64,000 nucleotides of DNA, taken from assembly GCA_903813345.2 (NCBI GenBank), contig CAIIXF020000001.1:25978001-26042000 (forward strand), in the 5' to 3' direction. Below the pieces are notes generated by a model that had not been told where the DNA came from, did not search any database, and saw only the letters and a program-made list of their open reading frames with translations. Positions 1-12,805 of the stretch are shown here, piece after piece. Source of the stretch: Owenia fusiformis (taxonomy: Eukaryota). Both the position numbers and the translations under genes were made by a program. Every line of letters starts with the position of its first letter. Position 1 is the stretch's first letter.

Positions 1-2019
1 TTGAGGTGGATCCCAGCACTGGCATTAATGGTTGAGAAATAGGGATCGAAACCAGCCATAGTTCTCTCCTGATGACCATTGTGAATTATTGTGTTTTATG
101 GATTATGGCGATGGCTTTTGCGAATGGATGTTGACCCTTTGAAACGCCTATGGACTTGTAGACTGGATTTTATCTATCCCACATCATTTGAGACTGAATG
201 CTCTATTTTATATGAGTACTTGTATCTACAACTATTTTTGATGTTATGAGTATTGGATATCAATTTCTAATTTTTTCTTCAACATGTATTGTAATGACTT
301 CAGTATGAATGAAATGTCCCTTGGTGTTCTAGTCTTGGATTGTGATATTGGTTCTTGAATGGCGGGGGAAAGACATTGTTTCTTTTCATGTTAGATCATG
401 GTTTTGGGATATATGGGGTTTGTTTTTCTTGACTGGTATGCACTTAGAGTTTGCTTTTTCTTGCTAAGTTCCATTACAACTTTTGGTCCTTTCCCTTTGG
501 CACTCGTGCTTAGATATCTAAGGGGTGTATTTGTCGATATTACACATTATTCGTATTACCAGGGGTAGTGTTGAGGAATATACCCCAGGTGAAATTCTGA
601 TATATCTGTAATGTATGCCTTTTAATATCTGTCAATTTGATCAAGGGTAGAGTAGATGGTAAATAATCACATCATGCCATATACAGATTCATGAATATAT
701 TGTAGTGTTCGTTGGGATTTGCTACTCCGTGGAGTTGTCGTTTTCTAGTTAGATAACTATTACATAATCAACACTGTCGCTGTACTGCTAAACAGTCATT
801 TTCTCCTGAAGCGCGCCATCCAGCCATTCACATTTATGGGCTTCAAGACTTCTGATGAGACACACTGTATGTCTTCTGGTAAAGCTCCTAAGTAATAATT
901 CTCAACTTTTTCTCAACTAAATTGTGTTGATTCAAGGGCGGATGGATTGGGACAATCTGCATATTTCAAGTTTTCCAATGAGCCCCCTTGAAATTTCTGC
1001 AATCTGCAAACGCCTTAATTGTTGGGGGTAGGGTTCGAACTTCATTGCTGTTGTAGATTGTTTTAATCGCTTTATATCCACCACTGCCCTCCCAGGTGAT
1101 TTTCGCTGCATGGTGGACAGATTCTGCAACTGATGGTTGTGGTTATGATGCACAAGAAGAATATGCTATATATATCATTCCATGCCATATTCATTTGTAA
1201 GATGTTTAGCTTTAATCATCATGGTCATCATTGTGCTAGGGTCGGATGGTTTCATGTCAGCCAATGGCTAGTACTTTGTTAAGGTGGCAGGCTTAACTGA
1301 TTTCTCTTTCATTGTAGTCAATCTGGTAAAGTATCCTCCATACTTGGGGATTTAATAGCTCAATATTCTTTTTAGTTGTACTGCCAATATCACCAATGTA
1401 TGGGTTGACTTCCATCCATTCCAAAAGGACATGTTTGCTCCAAAATTGTTTGAAATTATCTGTATCAATCTAGATACAACAGCAGAAGCCTTGAACTCCA
1501 GCAGTATAGTCCCAAGCGATATTTGTAGAGGTAAATAATTGTAGATAACTAAGTTGGTGATTCAGTAATCTCTTAGAGGGGAAAGATCACAATTGTTATT
1601 TTTCACACCTCTATGAAAATGGAATGTTAGTATAGTCACATTTTTCGTTTGGATGACATTTTTTGACAAATTAGTTTAAAAAGCATCATATTTTGTATCA
1701 CATGATGACTTTATAAATTGAGGTACATTGAATATAATTGCATGTGCTTCTATCAAAATATGTACTATAGGTATTATCTTTTAACAAAGTTTTTTTTTAT
1801 TGTAATACTATGTAATCAATCTCAAACTAGATATCAGCAACTTGCACAGATATTAAGACATACATACATTAGAGATATATAAGAAGTTTCACAGATTTAA
1901 GCATATGAGTGACCATTAAGGGGTTTCAAAGGTATAAATCATCAAGACAATACTATTTGAAATCTAATATAGTATCATGTAACACTACTTTGAAAAGATC
2001 TTTAAGTAATACAGAATTC

Positions 2020-2634
2020 CTGCTCTATGCAGCCATTTTGAATCTTAAGGCATGAATTAGGAAAAACAATACTTTAACAGTGACCTGCTCTCACATTCCT
2101 TCAAATTGAATATAAAATACGCATACTTTGAAGATCACAAAATTATTGCGAAATCCCACACTAGGCGGCCATTTTGAATTTCAGGAGGCCCGAATCAGAA
2201 AAATGATACAATATTTGCAATCTACTCTTAATTACCTTTCATTTGAGTATAATAAAGCTATACTTCAGAAAGATTTCAAAATTCCTGTTTTCCAGACCCC
2301 TCCCCCCATTCACGGCCCCTGGGGGTCAGGCTGAAAACATGCAATGTATGTTAAATTAAACCTTTGTTCTCTCTATCTCTCGAAAACACATATTTCTCAG
2401 TGGTCTAATAATTTTTAATGAATGTTAACATGTTATAACTTTCAAAGTGCCACGCCCCCTTTGAAATTAATTACATAATTATATGGTGCGATTAAAAAAA
2501 AAGCTCAACATATATGATTTTGCAGATTATTTCATTTTAAAGAATACATGTGTAGCAATAGAAAAATGCACAGAAAAAAACTTTATACCTTAAAACGACC
2601 TTTAGCCTGTCAGAGGTATTTGGCAACTGGACTA
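2020..2634. mobile_element. Remnant of a non-autonomous DNA element (left boundary uncertain)
   Basis: Repeated GCCATTTTGAAT motif (~2033, ~2168) and a transposon-like terminus TGGCAACTGGACTA at 2621-2634; the partner terminus was not found. Confidence 0.35.
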
Positions 2635-2718
2635 AGTACCCTGTTCCCTATTAGCCAGCCAAACATCCCTCTTACAAGTACAGATGATTTTACAATTTTG
2701 AGACTAATATGATCTTAA

Positions 2719-3539
2719 AGGCCCCATATAAAGTTTAAACCACTTTGGCTTATATTGTAGTCTTACCCAATGTTATCAAAGTGTGATATGTGAAACTTTT
2801 TTTTTTAATTTCAAAAAGTGGTGTTTGATAGACTTTTTGTTCCAAAATTTGTGAATTTATTTAAAACCAACTTTTAGAGGTCACTCATATCTTCTAATTA
2901 GCCAAAATTCATACCAATGCATAGCATTCATCCTCCCATGTTTTTTGCCGAAAAAATTAAGAAAATCGGTTCATAAATAAGCGAGAAATGAACTTATCAG
3001 TGCATGAAAATGGTTCTGAGAAAAATGCATTTCAAAATTTTAGTTCTCATAAAAACCAATGGTACAATGATATCTAAAACATAATTTATTCTTCCTTTTA
3101 ACCTGGTTAGACAATCAACATTGGTTTTTTATGAAAGTCTAGCATATTTAGAAAAGATTGACATCGAAAAAAAAAATTCAATTTTTTTCAAAAAGTTTGA
3201 CATCATTAATGTTTAAAAATATTTTTGATATGCTAAAACATTGAGGTGGCCCATTAAATATGGCATTTTATTATTGAAATAGTGTGTCCTTTGTTCAATC
3301 TTTGCATTGGTGTTAAAAAGATAATCTTTTTTGAAATGCATTAAGAAATATTTGATGATTAAGAAATTTCAACTTTTTTTGAAAAATGGCGGGAAATTTG
3401 AATATTTGAGAAATGAAATGCACACAACTTTTTTGTTCAAAAAATTTTTTTTGTTCAAAAATCTCTAAAATCACTTTTTAAGTCCTGACAAATAGTAAAT
3501 GAATGATAAAAAAATATTTTCAAACTTTAGACGGGGACT
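2719..3539. mobile_element. TTAA-flanked non-autonomous DNA transposon (Kolobok-like)
   Basis: TTAA at 2715-2718 and 3540-3543. Imperfect TIRs: AGGCCCCATATAAAGTTTAAA versus the reverse complement of the right end AGTCCCCGTCTAAAGTTTGAA. AG...CT termini with a TTAA TSD fit Kolobok. Confidence 0.65.
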
Positions 3540-3949
3540 TTAATAATCTCACATGCAGTTTCAAGGGAGTCTGAATATGAAGCTATTTAGTTATGCTGTG
3601 CTTTTTGCTTTTTCTGATTAGATACAGGCTTTAATCTAAGAATAATCTTTAATTATAAGAGTGCAAACATAGTTAAGCTCTTTCAAAGGGTAACCTAATA
3701 TTCATTTATACTGTACTTCCACCAAAGGGAGTTAGAATGAGACATACAAAGAATTCAGACACCATATAAAGAAAAATTATTTGATCATTGCAGATATCAG
3801 CCCACTTTACCAGCTGCTTTATTTTGGCCTTCTGAGATAAGAATTAAGAAAGTGGATGAGAAGGGAATCATAATCAGACCAATTTCATTTCTTCATGCTG
3901 CTGTTTCCTTCCTGATAGCAGGACAGCCCATTCTCTTTCATTCTTCATT

Positions 3950-5062
3950 AACATCCCCTACTCTTTCCATAATCATATACAACTCCTACTCTTTCCATAC
4001 TCCTTTCTTAATCATTAGCAGCCCCAACTATTTTCTAAATAATGAACATACCCTACATTTTCCTTAATCATAAAAAAAACCTACCCTTCTTTCCTTAATC
4101 ATAAACAACCCCTACTCTTTCCTTAATCATAAATAAACAACCCATACTCTTTCCTTAATCATAAACATCCTCTACTCTTCTTTCCTTAATCATAAACACC
4201 CCTACTCTTCCCTTAATCATAAATATCCTCTCCTCTTCTTTCATTAATCATAAACAGCCCCTACTCTTTCCTTAATCATAAACAACCCCTACTCTTTCCA
4301 TAATCATATACTTAAGTACAACTCATACTCTTTCCATACTCCTTTCTTAATCATTAGCAGCCCCAACTATTTTCTAAATAATGAACATACCCTACACTTT
4401 CCTTAATCATAAAAAAACCTGCCCTTCTTTCCTTAATCATAAACAGCCCCTACTCTTTCCTTAATCATAAACAACCCCTACTCTTTCCTTAATCATAAAC
4501 ATCCTCTAAACTTCTTTCCTTTATCATAAACACCCCTACTCTTTCCTTAATCATAAACAACCCCTACTCTTTCCTTATTCATAAACACCCCATACTATTC
4601 TTTCCTTAATCATAAACACCCTACTTTTCCCTTAATCATAAATACCCTCTCCTCTTCTTTCGTTAATCATAAACAGCCCCTACTCTTTCCTTAATCATAA
4701 ACAACCCCTACTCTTTCCATAATCATATACTAAGTACAACTCATACTCTTTCCATACTCCTTTCTTAATCATTAGCAGCCCCAACTATTTTCTAAATAAT
4801 GAACATACCCTACACTTTCCTTAATCATAAAAAAACTGCCCTTCTTTCCTTAATCATAAACAGCCCCTACTCTTTCCTTAATCATAAACAACCCCTACTC
4901 TTTCCTTAATCATAAACATCCTCTAAACTTCTTTCCTTTACCATAAACACCCCTACTCTTTCCTTAATCATAAACAACCCCTACTCTTTCCTTATTCATA
5001 AACACCCCATACTATTCTTTCGTTAATCATAAACATCCCCAATTCTTTCCTTTAATCATATC
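3950..5062. repeat. ~28-bp minisatellite (CCCTACTCTTTCCTTAATCATAAACAAC) with higher-order blocks
   Basis: Dozens of adjacent units; the variant block TCCTTTCTTAATCATTAGCAGCCCC recurs at 4001, 4340 and 4758. Confidence 0.95.
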
Positions 5063-5145
5063 TAGGAAGGAATCTGGTAAATCTGAATACTATAGTATTA
5101 TACTCCTATGGATAGACCTGCAGAATTAGCACTAGATCATAACTG

Positions 5146-6684
5146 ACAAGGCATTAACATGACAAAATGTCACCACCTAAAACAATTTGGTCAATTTAAA
5201 GAAAGTTGGAAATTACCTTTTGACCTTAAGAAGGTTTGATTTGAACTTCTTAGAACATGTAGATGATTTTGAAAAAAAAATTCGTCAATTTGAAGCAAGT
5301 TGAAAAAATACCTCTTTGACTTTTTTTGACATTGAGAAGGTCATTGAAGGTCAAATGTCAAATGTAAAGTCAGATTTGAACTTCTGAGAACATGTAGATG
5401 ATTTTGAAAAAAAATTAAGTAAATTTGAAGCAAGTTGAAAAAAGACCTTTTTGACCTTGAAAAGGTCATTGAAGGTCAAATGTCAAATCTAAAGTCAGAT
5501 TTGAACTTCTGAGAACATGTAGATGATTTTGAAAAAAAATTAGTCAATTTGAAGCAAATTGAAAAAATACCTTTTTGACCTTGAGAAGGTCATTGAAGGT
5601 CAAAGTCAGATTTGAACTTTTAAGAACTTGTAAAGTCAAATTTGAACTTCTGAAAAGATGTAGATGATTTTAAAAAAAAAATTTGGTCAATTTGAAGCAA
5701 GTTGAAAACAGACCTTTTTGACCTTTTTTGACCTTGAGAAGGTCATAAAAGGTCAAATGTCAAATCTAAAGTCAGATTTGAATTCCTGAGAACATGTAGA
5801 TGATTTTGAAAAAAAAATTAGTCAATTTGAAGCAAGTTGAAAAAATACCTTTTTGACCTTGAGAAGGTCATTGAAGGTCAAATGTCAAATCTAAAGTCAT
5901 ATTTGAATTTCTGAGAACATGTAGATGATTTTGAAAAAAAAAATTAGTCAATTTGAAGCAAGATGAAAAAATACCTTTTTGACCTTTTTTGACATTGAGA
6001 AGGTCATTGAAGGTCAAATGTCAAATCTAAAGTCAGATTTGAATTTCTGAGAACATGTAGATGATTTTGAAAAAAAATTTAGTCAATTTGAAGCAAGTTG
6101 AAAACAGACCTTTTTGACCTTTTTTGACCTTGAGAAGGTCATTGAAGGTCAAATGTCAAATCTTAAGACAAATCTTAAGTCAGATTTGAATTTCTGAGAA
6201 CACGTAGATGATTTTGAAAAAAAAATTTAGTCAATTTGAAGCAAGTTGAAAACAGACCTTTTTGACCTTTTTTTGACCTTGAGAAGGTCATTGAAGGTCA
6301 AATGTCAAATCTAAAGTCAGATTTGAAGGTCAAATCTAAAGTCAAATCTAAAGTCAGATTTGAATTTCTGAGAACATGTAGATGATTTTGAAAAAAAAAT
6401 TAGTCAATGTGAAGCAAGTTGAAAAAAGACCTTTTTGACCTTGAGAAGGTCATTGAAGGTGAAATGTCAAATCTAAAGTCAGATTTGAACTTCTGAGAAC
6501 ATGTAGATGATTTAGAAAAAAATTGAAGTCAGTCTAAACAGTATTTGATAAGTTATAGGAAGTTGTAAGAAATTGTTACAGATGCCGGACGCCAGACGCC
6601 GGACGCCAGACGCCGGACGCCAACCGCCGTCGCAAAAAAACGGAGACCATAACAATATGTCACCACTTTTGGTGGTGACATAAT
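5146..6684 (-). mobile_element. Helentron-associated non-autonomous element (HINE/DINE-1/Pearl-type) with an internal ~125-145-bp satellite array
   Basis: Read on the minus strand: terminal hairpin ATGTCACCAC-TTTTG-GTGGTGACAT (6657-6681), (GGACGCC/AGACGCC)n microsatellite (6581-6621), about 10 tandem core units containing GAACATGTAGATGATTTTG, a matching subTIR ATGTCACCAC (5167-5176) and a CTTGT end (5146-5150). Confidence 0.85.
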
Positions 6685-7190
6685 AATAACTAGACAGGAT
6701 GCGATTTCTAAAGAACTTAAATGACTTTAATTCTATTGATAATATCTTGGTGCTTTCTTGAAAACCTCTGGGTAAGATCATCAATAAGCAAATTATATTT
6801 CTGACATTTAGATAATATCCAAGATAGCTAACACTCTATCTCCCAAGCCTACTCAATTATATCAACTGCATCAAGGAAAGAAAACACAATATTTATGAAG
6901 CATATAGAAATAAGTAATAGGAACTCTGTTGGGAAATTATTAATATCATAAATTATAAGTAATAAAATAAAAGCAATTCTACTAAAACGCATCATACAAA
7001 TTACTTGCAAAATAAATTTGTTATATAAGGACTTATACCCATTATATCATTAAGGCATTAAGCCAGGGTAAATCTCAGAGTTACAGTAGCATTCAAAAAC
7101 ATGTAAGATGGCTTGATACAGGCCATAACCTCTTCTCCGTGGCATGTATCTGCTTTGATCTCAATGATCTCAATGCTATGTGCTTTATTT

Positions 7191-7213
7191 ACCACTTTTT
7201 GGTGGTGACATAA
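7191..7213 (-). mobile_element. Isolated terminal hairpin of the same HINE family
   Basis: ACCACTTTTTGGTGGTGACATAA is nearly identical to 6662-6683. Confidence 0.6.
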
Positions 7214-7253
7214 CAATATTGATAGCATAAATACAAACATAAATCTACTCGTA

Positions 7254-7550
7254 CTAGCTGCCACATGATTTACCTATACTAGCTACCTATGATTTACCTG
7301 TTTTAGCTGCCAAATGATTTACCTGTTTTAGCTACTACATGATTTACCTATACTGTATTAGCTGCCACATGTTCGACCTGTTTTAGCTGCCACATGGTTC
7401 AACTGTTTTAGCTGCCAAATTATTTACCTGTTTTAGCTACTACATGATTTACCTATACTGTATTAGCTGCCACATGTTCTACCTGTTTTAGCTGCCACAT
7501 GGTTAAACTGTATTAGCTGTCACATGATTTACCTGTACCAGCCATCACAT
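7254..7550. repeat. ~25-bp minisatellite (TTAGCTGCCACATGATTTACCTGTT)
   Basis: About 11 adjacent degenerate units are directly visible. Confidence 0.9.
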
Positions 7551-9735
7551 GCTTTTTCCCTCACCTGCATTTCAAATCAGTCTCTCTCCAATACTACATA
7601 GACCTGTATTTATTCAGGATCAGCTTAACTTTTGACACATTTGGGTCAGAATAACCAATCTATTGTCTGGTTTATTTGCTTTCCAAACACCATGTCCAAA
7701 ACTATTTACCAATCTCCCAGAATGTTGAAAACGTTTATTTATCTATGAATATTTTGTTGAAAAGATAAATTGCTGCTTCTGCATCTTTTGACTCTAAAAG
7801 ACAATCTATTAGTCAGCTGGCATAAATAATTTGGAAGTACAATCTTAAATTTTAGTTAAACATAAATCAACAAATTAACAAGTCATGTTCACATTGAAAC
7901 ATCAGTTTAACCTGCAAATAGGACCTACTTATGAGCAAAATCCCTAAATCCTCATATAAACATGACCAATATCTCGACATATAGGACTATAAATCCACAA
8001 AACCTGAATATATATAAGGGTTATGTACTGGGAGGTTTTGGATATAGGGTATATCCTGAGGGATATATATCTCCCTGAGGGACCGAACTTTTGAAAAACT
8101 CCCGGGAGCAAGATGGATATATTTTATCTGCCCGCATTTGGCCTGGATCGGGACATATACTATATATACTGCCCACTCCTCAGATATGATATATATTCCT
8201 GGGTGATATCTACCCCAAACTCACTCAAGTATGAGATACAGAACTATATATCCCAACAGTCAAAGAGTTATTCTGAGAGCTTCTTTACCTTGATTTCTGA
8301 AGTATGGTTAAATAAATGTATGCCAATATCTGAATTTGAGATGTTTTTCTAAGCTTTGGTATAGGTTTCAATAAATATGTGTTAAATGATCTGAGTTTTG
8401 CTATAAATATAAGATTGCTTAAGAATGTATAATATAACAAAATAATCTATTGGTGCGCCTGTATTCATATAGAATCTGGTACACATGACATGATGACAAT
8501 GTTCAACTTCTATGTTAAATATCATACCAGACAACATTAAAAGCATCTGCCCAAATGGTGCATATTTCCATCTGTGGTATGACTTTAATGTAGAACTTTT
8601 AGCCTGTACCTAGTCCTAGTAATGATCAATAATTCATGATTCCCAATCACATAACTACTGTATAGCATTTACCTTCATTTCTTTTAAGAGAGTTATACTC
8701 TGGCTAAGGGTAAAATAGCCCCCCCCCCCTTAAGTTCACCAAAATTCCATAAGTTAATACGTTACATCTATGAAATTCTAAGAATCTACTCATGAATTCC
8801 ATAGGCTATTAGGCATGCAGAGCCAATCGATGCCAACTAGAGAACTAGAGAATCATTTAGGTCCTGAATCCTTACCTTTAAAGAGTTATCCTGCAGAGCT
8901 CTGAGATAAGTCCATGGGGATCAAAGACTTTGAAAGACACTGGCATCTGAGATATGAAATCCCACATATAAACAGTTACATATGATAAAGTCCCTAATAT
9001 ACAGGATCCATAAGTACTGGTAAACCTACAGCAAATATCCTTACCTTATAAAATAAACACTATCTGTTTGTATATTTCCATTGAGAATTATAAACTTGAC
9101 TGGACTACATTCACTCCACCACTGTAACAAATATATGTTGACTTCAAATACCTATTTTGCCAAGTTTTGTAAAAATTTGCACTTGGCTGCCCCAGAATTT
9201 TTAAGTTTGTTTATTATGACCATAAATCAATTTAAATATTACGATGTTTTCATAAGATCACATAAACTAAAACATCTGCTAATTTACAGCCTCATATAAC
9301 CCTCAAATGTAAAATTGTAAAATGCTGAGTTTTAAATCAACAAGTTAATTTAATTTCATGTCCTGTTTCTACATTAATTCGAGAGTTAGTTTTTAAATAG
9401 ACTAAAACAAGTTATTTAGCTTGATAAACAGAAAAATAGACTAATAAATTACCCAAAAGACTAATTTGGGCATAAAAGTCTTGTGTCAGAATGCAATTTT
9501 GAGATTTTTGTGATAGATTCAACAAATCTAAAAAGAAGGCATTTGACATATAACAATTAGCGTTGAAACATTATAAACTTAAGAACAACTTATTCTCTTA
9601 TCATCATTGTATATGAACAAGCAAATCATTAAGATGACATATCCAACAATGCTAATTTAGAATCAGCTAAAAAGATTAAGACAAAAGGAACATATATTAT
9701 ACCATATTCTCTCAGATGGACATATACAGTGTATA

Positions 9736-10365
9736 TTTATTTATTTATTTTTATTTATTTATTATTTAGACGTACACTTTTAAATCAGTGGCACACTAAA
9801 AATAATTAGGTGCGTCTACAGTCAAAATACATACATGATCATTAAAATATCTAAAATCGTTCTTATAAGTCAGGTTTAAAAATCTTTGTTAAAAACTGTT
9901 TTACCAGTCCATCTACAATATAAAATTGATCGTGCCCCCATTGACTGAGAACATCATCACCTAACATAAAATAGAGTTTATTTTCTGAGGTACAGGATAT
10001 AAAATAATTAAACACATTCTCATTGCATTTGTCTAGTAACTTACAATAGAAGTGTGTTCTTTCTTTGTTAAAGAAAGAACATTCTACAAGTCTGTGTTGG
10101 ATAGAGTCATCTACATTATCTTTACATAATATGCATTTTCCATCTGTCTTTCTTTGTGATTCATAATTGGAATATAGAGCAAATTTGTTACATCTTGCTA
10201 AGAATTTGAGCTTTGATCCATAGAAGTCATTGTTTTGTTTCAGGTAGTTCTCTAAATTAGTGTGTTTCTTGATTTTTGAATAAAATTTTAAGGAGCTATA
10301 TTCCTTAATACTAGAGTGAAACTCATTAACATATTCATCCTTGCAAATAGACAAATAGTTGTCAT
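9736..10365 (-). mobile_element. 5'-truncated non-LTR retrotransposon (LINE) with a (TAAA)n tail
   Basis: Minus-strand ORF2-like C-terminus, about 95 bp of 3' UTR, and a (TTTA)n tract at 9736-9767 that is an A-rich tail on the minus strand. Confidence 0.85.
9863..10354 (-). pseudogene. C-terminal fragment of LINE ORF2 (post-RT region with CCHC motif)
   Basis: 163 stop-free codons; SSLKFYSKIK...LENYL...KLKFLAR...CILCKDNVDDSIQHRLVEC has the Cx2C...Hx4C motif typical of LINE ORF2 C-termini; no RT core or true ATG start. Confidence 0.8.
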
Positions 10366-10560
10366 ATCAATCACAATCTCATCTATAAATTAAATAATGG
10401 ATATAATATATGGATATAAAAGTTCAATATTATACTAGTTACAATGCTACTTGAGTAGAAGGAGTAAAGAACAGTAACACTCACAAAAATGAGGAAAACT
10501 TGTAAATATTAAAAACTATTAATGACATGCCTTAATGACATTAAAAACATGCCTGCTTAC

Positions 10561-10597
10561 TTGGTGAGCAACTATCGGGAACAGATTCAATAAACAT
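10561..10597 (-). CDS. Candidate alternative first coding exon (MFIESVPDSCSP, phase 1)
   Basis: ATG at 10597 after an in-frame TAG; 37 nt; donor CAA|GTAAGC. Confidence 0.45.
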
Positions 10598-11260
10598 TAT
10601 ACCATATTCTCTCAAATAGATAGATGCACGCAAGAAAGGCCATCTCAAATGGTTCTATGCTACTATTGATATGTTCTCTTTTGACCCATTTATTGAGTGG
10701 TTTCCAATCAATATGGCCTTGTAAGGACAAGTATAATTGATAAATAACCATTCCAGTAAACAAGTTGCTCTTAAACCCATCTATCAACAGAATTCAAACA
10801 TCCTGACATATCAAAACCAAATTACTAAGTGATTGACTATTTTTGAACATTTCAATATAGCATACCCTGGCTAAGTTAACACCTCTTAATAACTCAATCT
10901 TTTCTATATAGAAAACTACCTAAATAGAACTTTCCATAACATTTATATTCTCAAGATTTCAGGTTATTTAATCCCATACATTAACAATAATCAGATAACC
11001 AGAAGAGACATGTCCCCTGGTGGAGTATCCCAAGTGTATTTATAAGATAAAGTCTTCCTGTATTAAAACATATTGTTAATCATTTACAGGAAACCTGATG
11101 AACATGTTGACAGATGAAGGCTTGGAAACATTCACCAGAATGTGTTGACAAGAAGTTAGACCTGAAATCAGAGTATCTGATGATAGTTACAGGTAGATGA
11201 GACAGTACAATGCACAGAACCCAGGGAATGTATCAATTATTCCATGTACCATCAACAATG

Positions 11261-11488
11261 CACTGGCTGATCTGGGGGGGGCTGCCCCCCTTGGACGGGC
11301 CCAGAAAACTAATTTTTGGGCATTACTGGGCCTTTTAAGGCCTTATTTTTAATTTCAGGCCAAAAGTTGAAGTAAATAGGCCTCAAAATTTCAAAATTTG
11401 GGTCTACTTTTGGGTTTAAGAGGCCCAATTTTTTTTCTCTGGCCTGAAATTTGCTCCCCCCCCTTGTTGGTTTCAAGATCTGCCCCTG
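11261..11488. mobile_element. MITE with CA(G/C)..CTG ends and 5-bp TSD
   Basis: TIR CACTGGCTGATCT / AGATCTGCCCCTG; CAATG on both sides (11256-11260, 11489-11493); G- and C-runs lie inside the ends. Confidence 0.75.
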
Positions 11489-12318
11489 CAATGCACCTCT
11501 GATCATGGTAATTTGACAATTTCTTCTTGTGTCTGTGCTTTAGAGTAGCATCTTCACTCCACAATGGATATTTTCCCAGCTCATCAAGATGATACTGAAA
11601 TGTTCTCTCACACATCTGTCTGTAACACTAGGCCAGGATTACCCTGAGCCAGAGGTTAATAGTAATTATTACACTCTGCATAGAACAAATATTAGAGGTA
11701 AACCCTTTAGAATAGTATGATAAATGTAAACCATGAATACCAGACATTTTTGACTTGATCTTTAACTCTATGTTACAGTAATGAACTTTCAGCTAAATCC
11801 AAAAAGTTCAGTGGTAGATTTAGACTTGAATTACATAAATATTTTTTATTTCCCCAACTATTATCTCTCCTATATCAACTTTTATCTAAAATCATAGAAA
11901 TTTTGAAATTCATTCTTTACACCACCCCTTAATTGGATGCCCCTTGGCCTTCAGTATAGAACTGCTGATACCTAACCAAAAAACTAGATCCACCCCTGGG
12001 GCTATATCTCTTCCTTGATGCTAAACAGGCTGGCATTCCCAAGGCAGAACTATCTCATACAGAGAGCACAAGTCATCATTTAAACCTATGAAGCTTGAAG
12101 GGTGGAGCTTTACCTTTCAAAACATAAGTCTAATTATGTCTTAAATGCGAAACATATTACATAGTTATGTGTATGGTAAACCAAATCAAATAATCAACAT
12201 GAAAATCTGAAAGCAAATATAGAGAAATCACCTATTACATGTATTTAACTTTTTTTAAAAAACAGTATTTTTTATATTTGGTATAAAAAGGTCCAAGTTT
12301 TTGTTATCATGAGGTCTG

Positions 12319-12371
12319 CAGGCCCGCAGCCAGCCCAACCCCCCGAACCCCCCTCCCTGGCTACGGGCCTG
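12319..12371. mobile_element. 53-bp mini-MITE with 5-bp TSD
   Basis: CAGGCCCGCAGCCAG ... CTGGCTACGGGCCTG; TSD GTCTG at 12314-12318 and 12372-12376. Confidence 0.85.
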
Positions 12372-12805
12372 GTCTGTCTATATTTAGAAGAACAAGAGTC
12401 ACAACAGTTCCAGAAACAGACCATTAAGGCCCAAAGAAGATTGTTTTAAAGATGCAAAATGATTTCAAACTACATTTATTAGAATGGTAAGTTCTTGAAT
12501 AATATAAATCAAATCTCAGTATATAATGTATGAATTCAGTAATATGTTAGAAATATGATATTATGGTAAATTAAACAATAACTCAGAATTTTAACTCAAA
12601 GAAACATTCCTACTTGAGAAACAATAATGTTATTCATAATATAATTCTTAAGAAACAAATGAACAGTTCTGCCCTTTTATTTACATAACTGAAGAGTTTG
12701 ATTAATTATAAATAAAGTTCTTTAAACAATTAACATTCCTTTAGTCTTGCATAAGACTATAAGTAATTCTTGGCAATGAGCAATTGCTATAAGTTAGCTA
12801 GTATA

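Noticed and set aside
932-1153. 73-aa minus-strand ORF (MHHNHNHQ...)
   Set aside because: Non-ATG start, ends at a stop with no convincing splice donor, and no recognisable domain.
8022-8245. Degenerate TIR element with CCTGAGGG motifs
   Set aside because: Inverted ends are too diverged and there is no TSD; boundaries cannot be supported.
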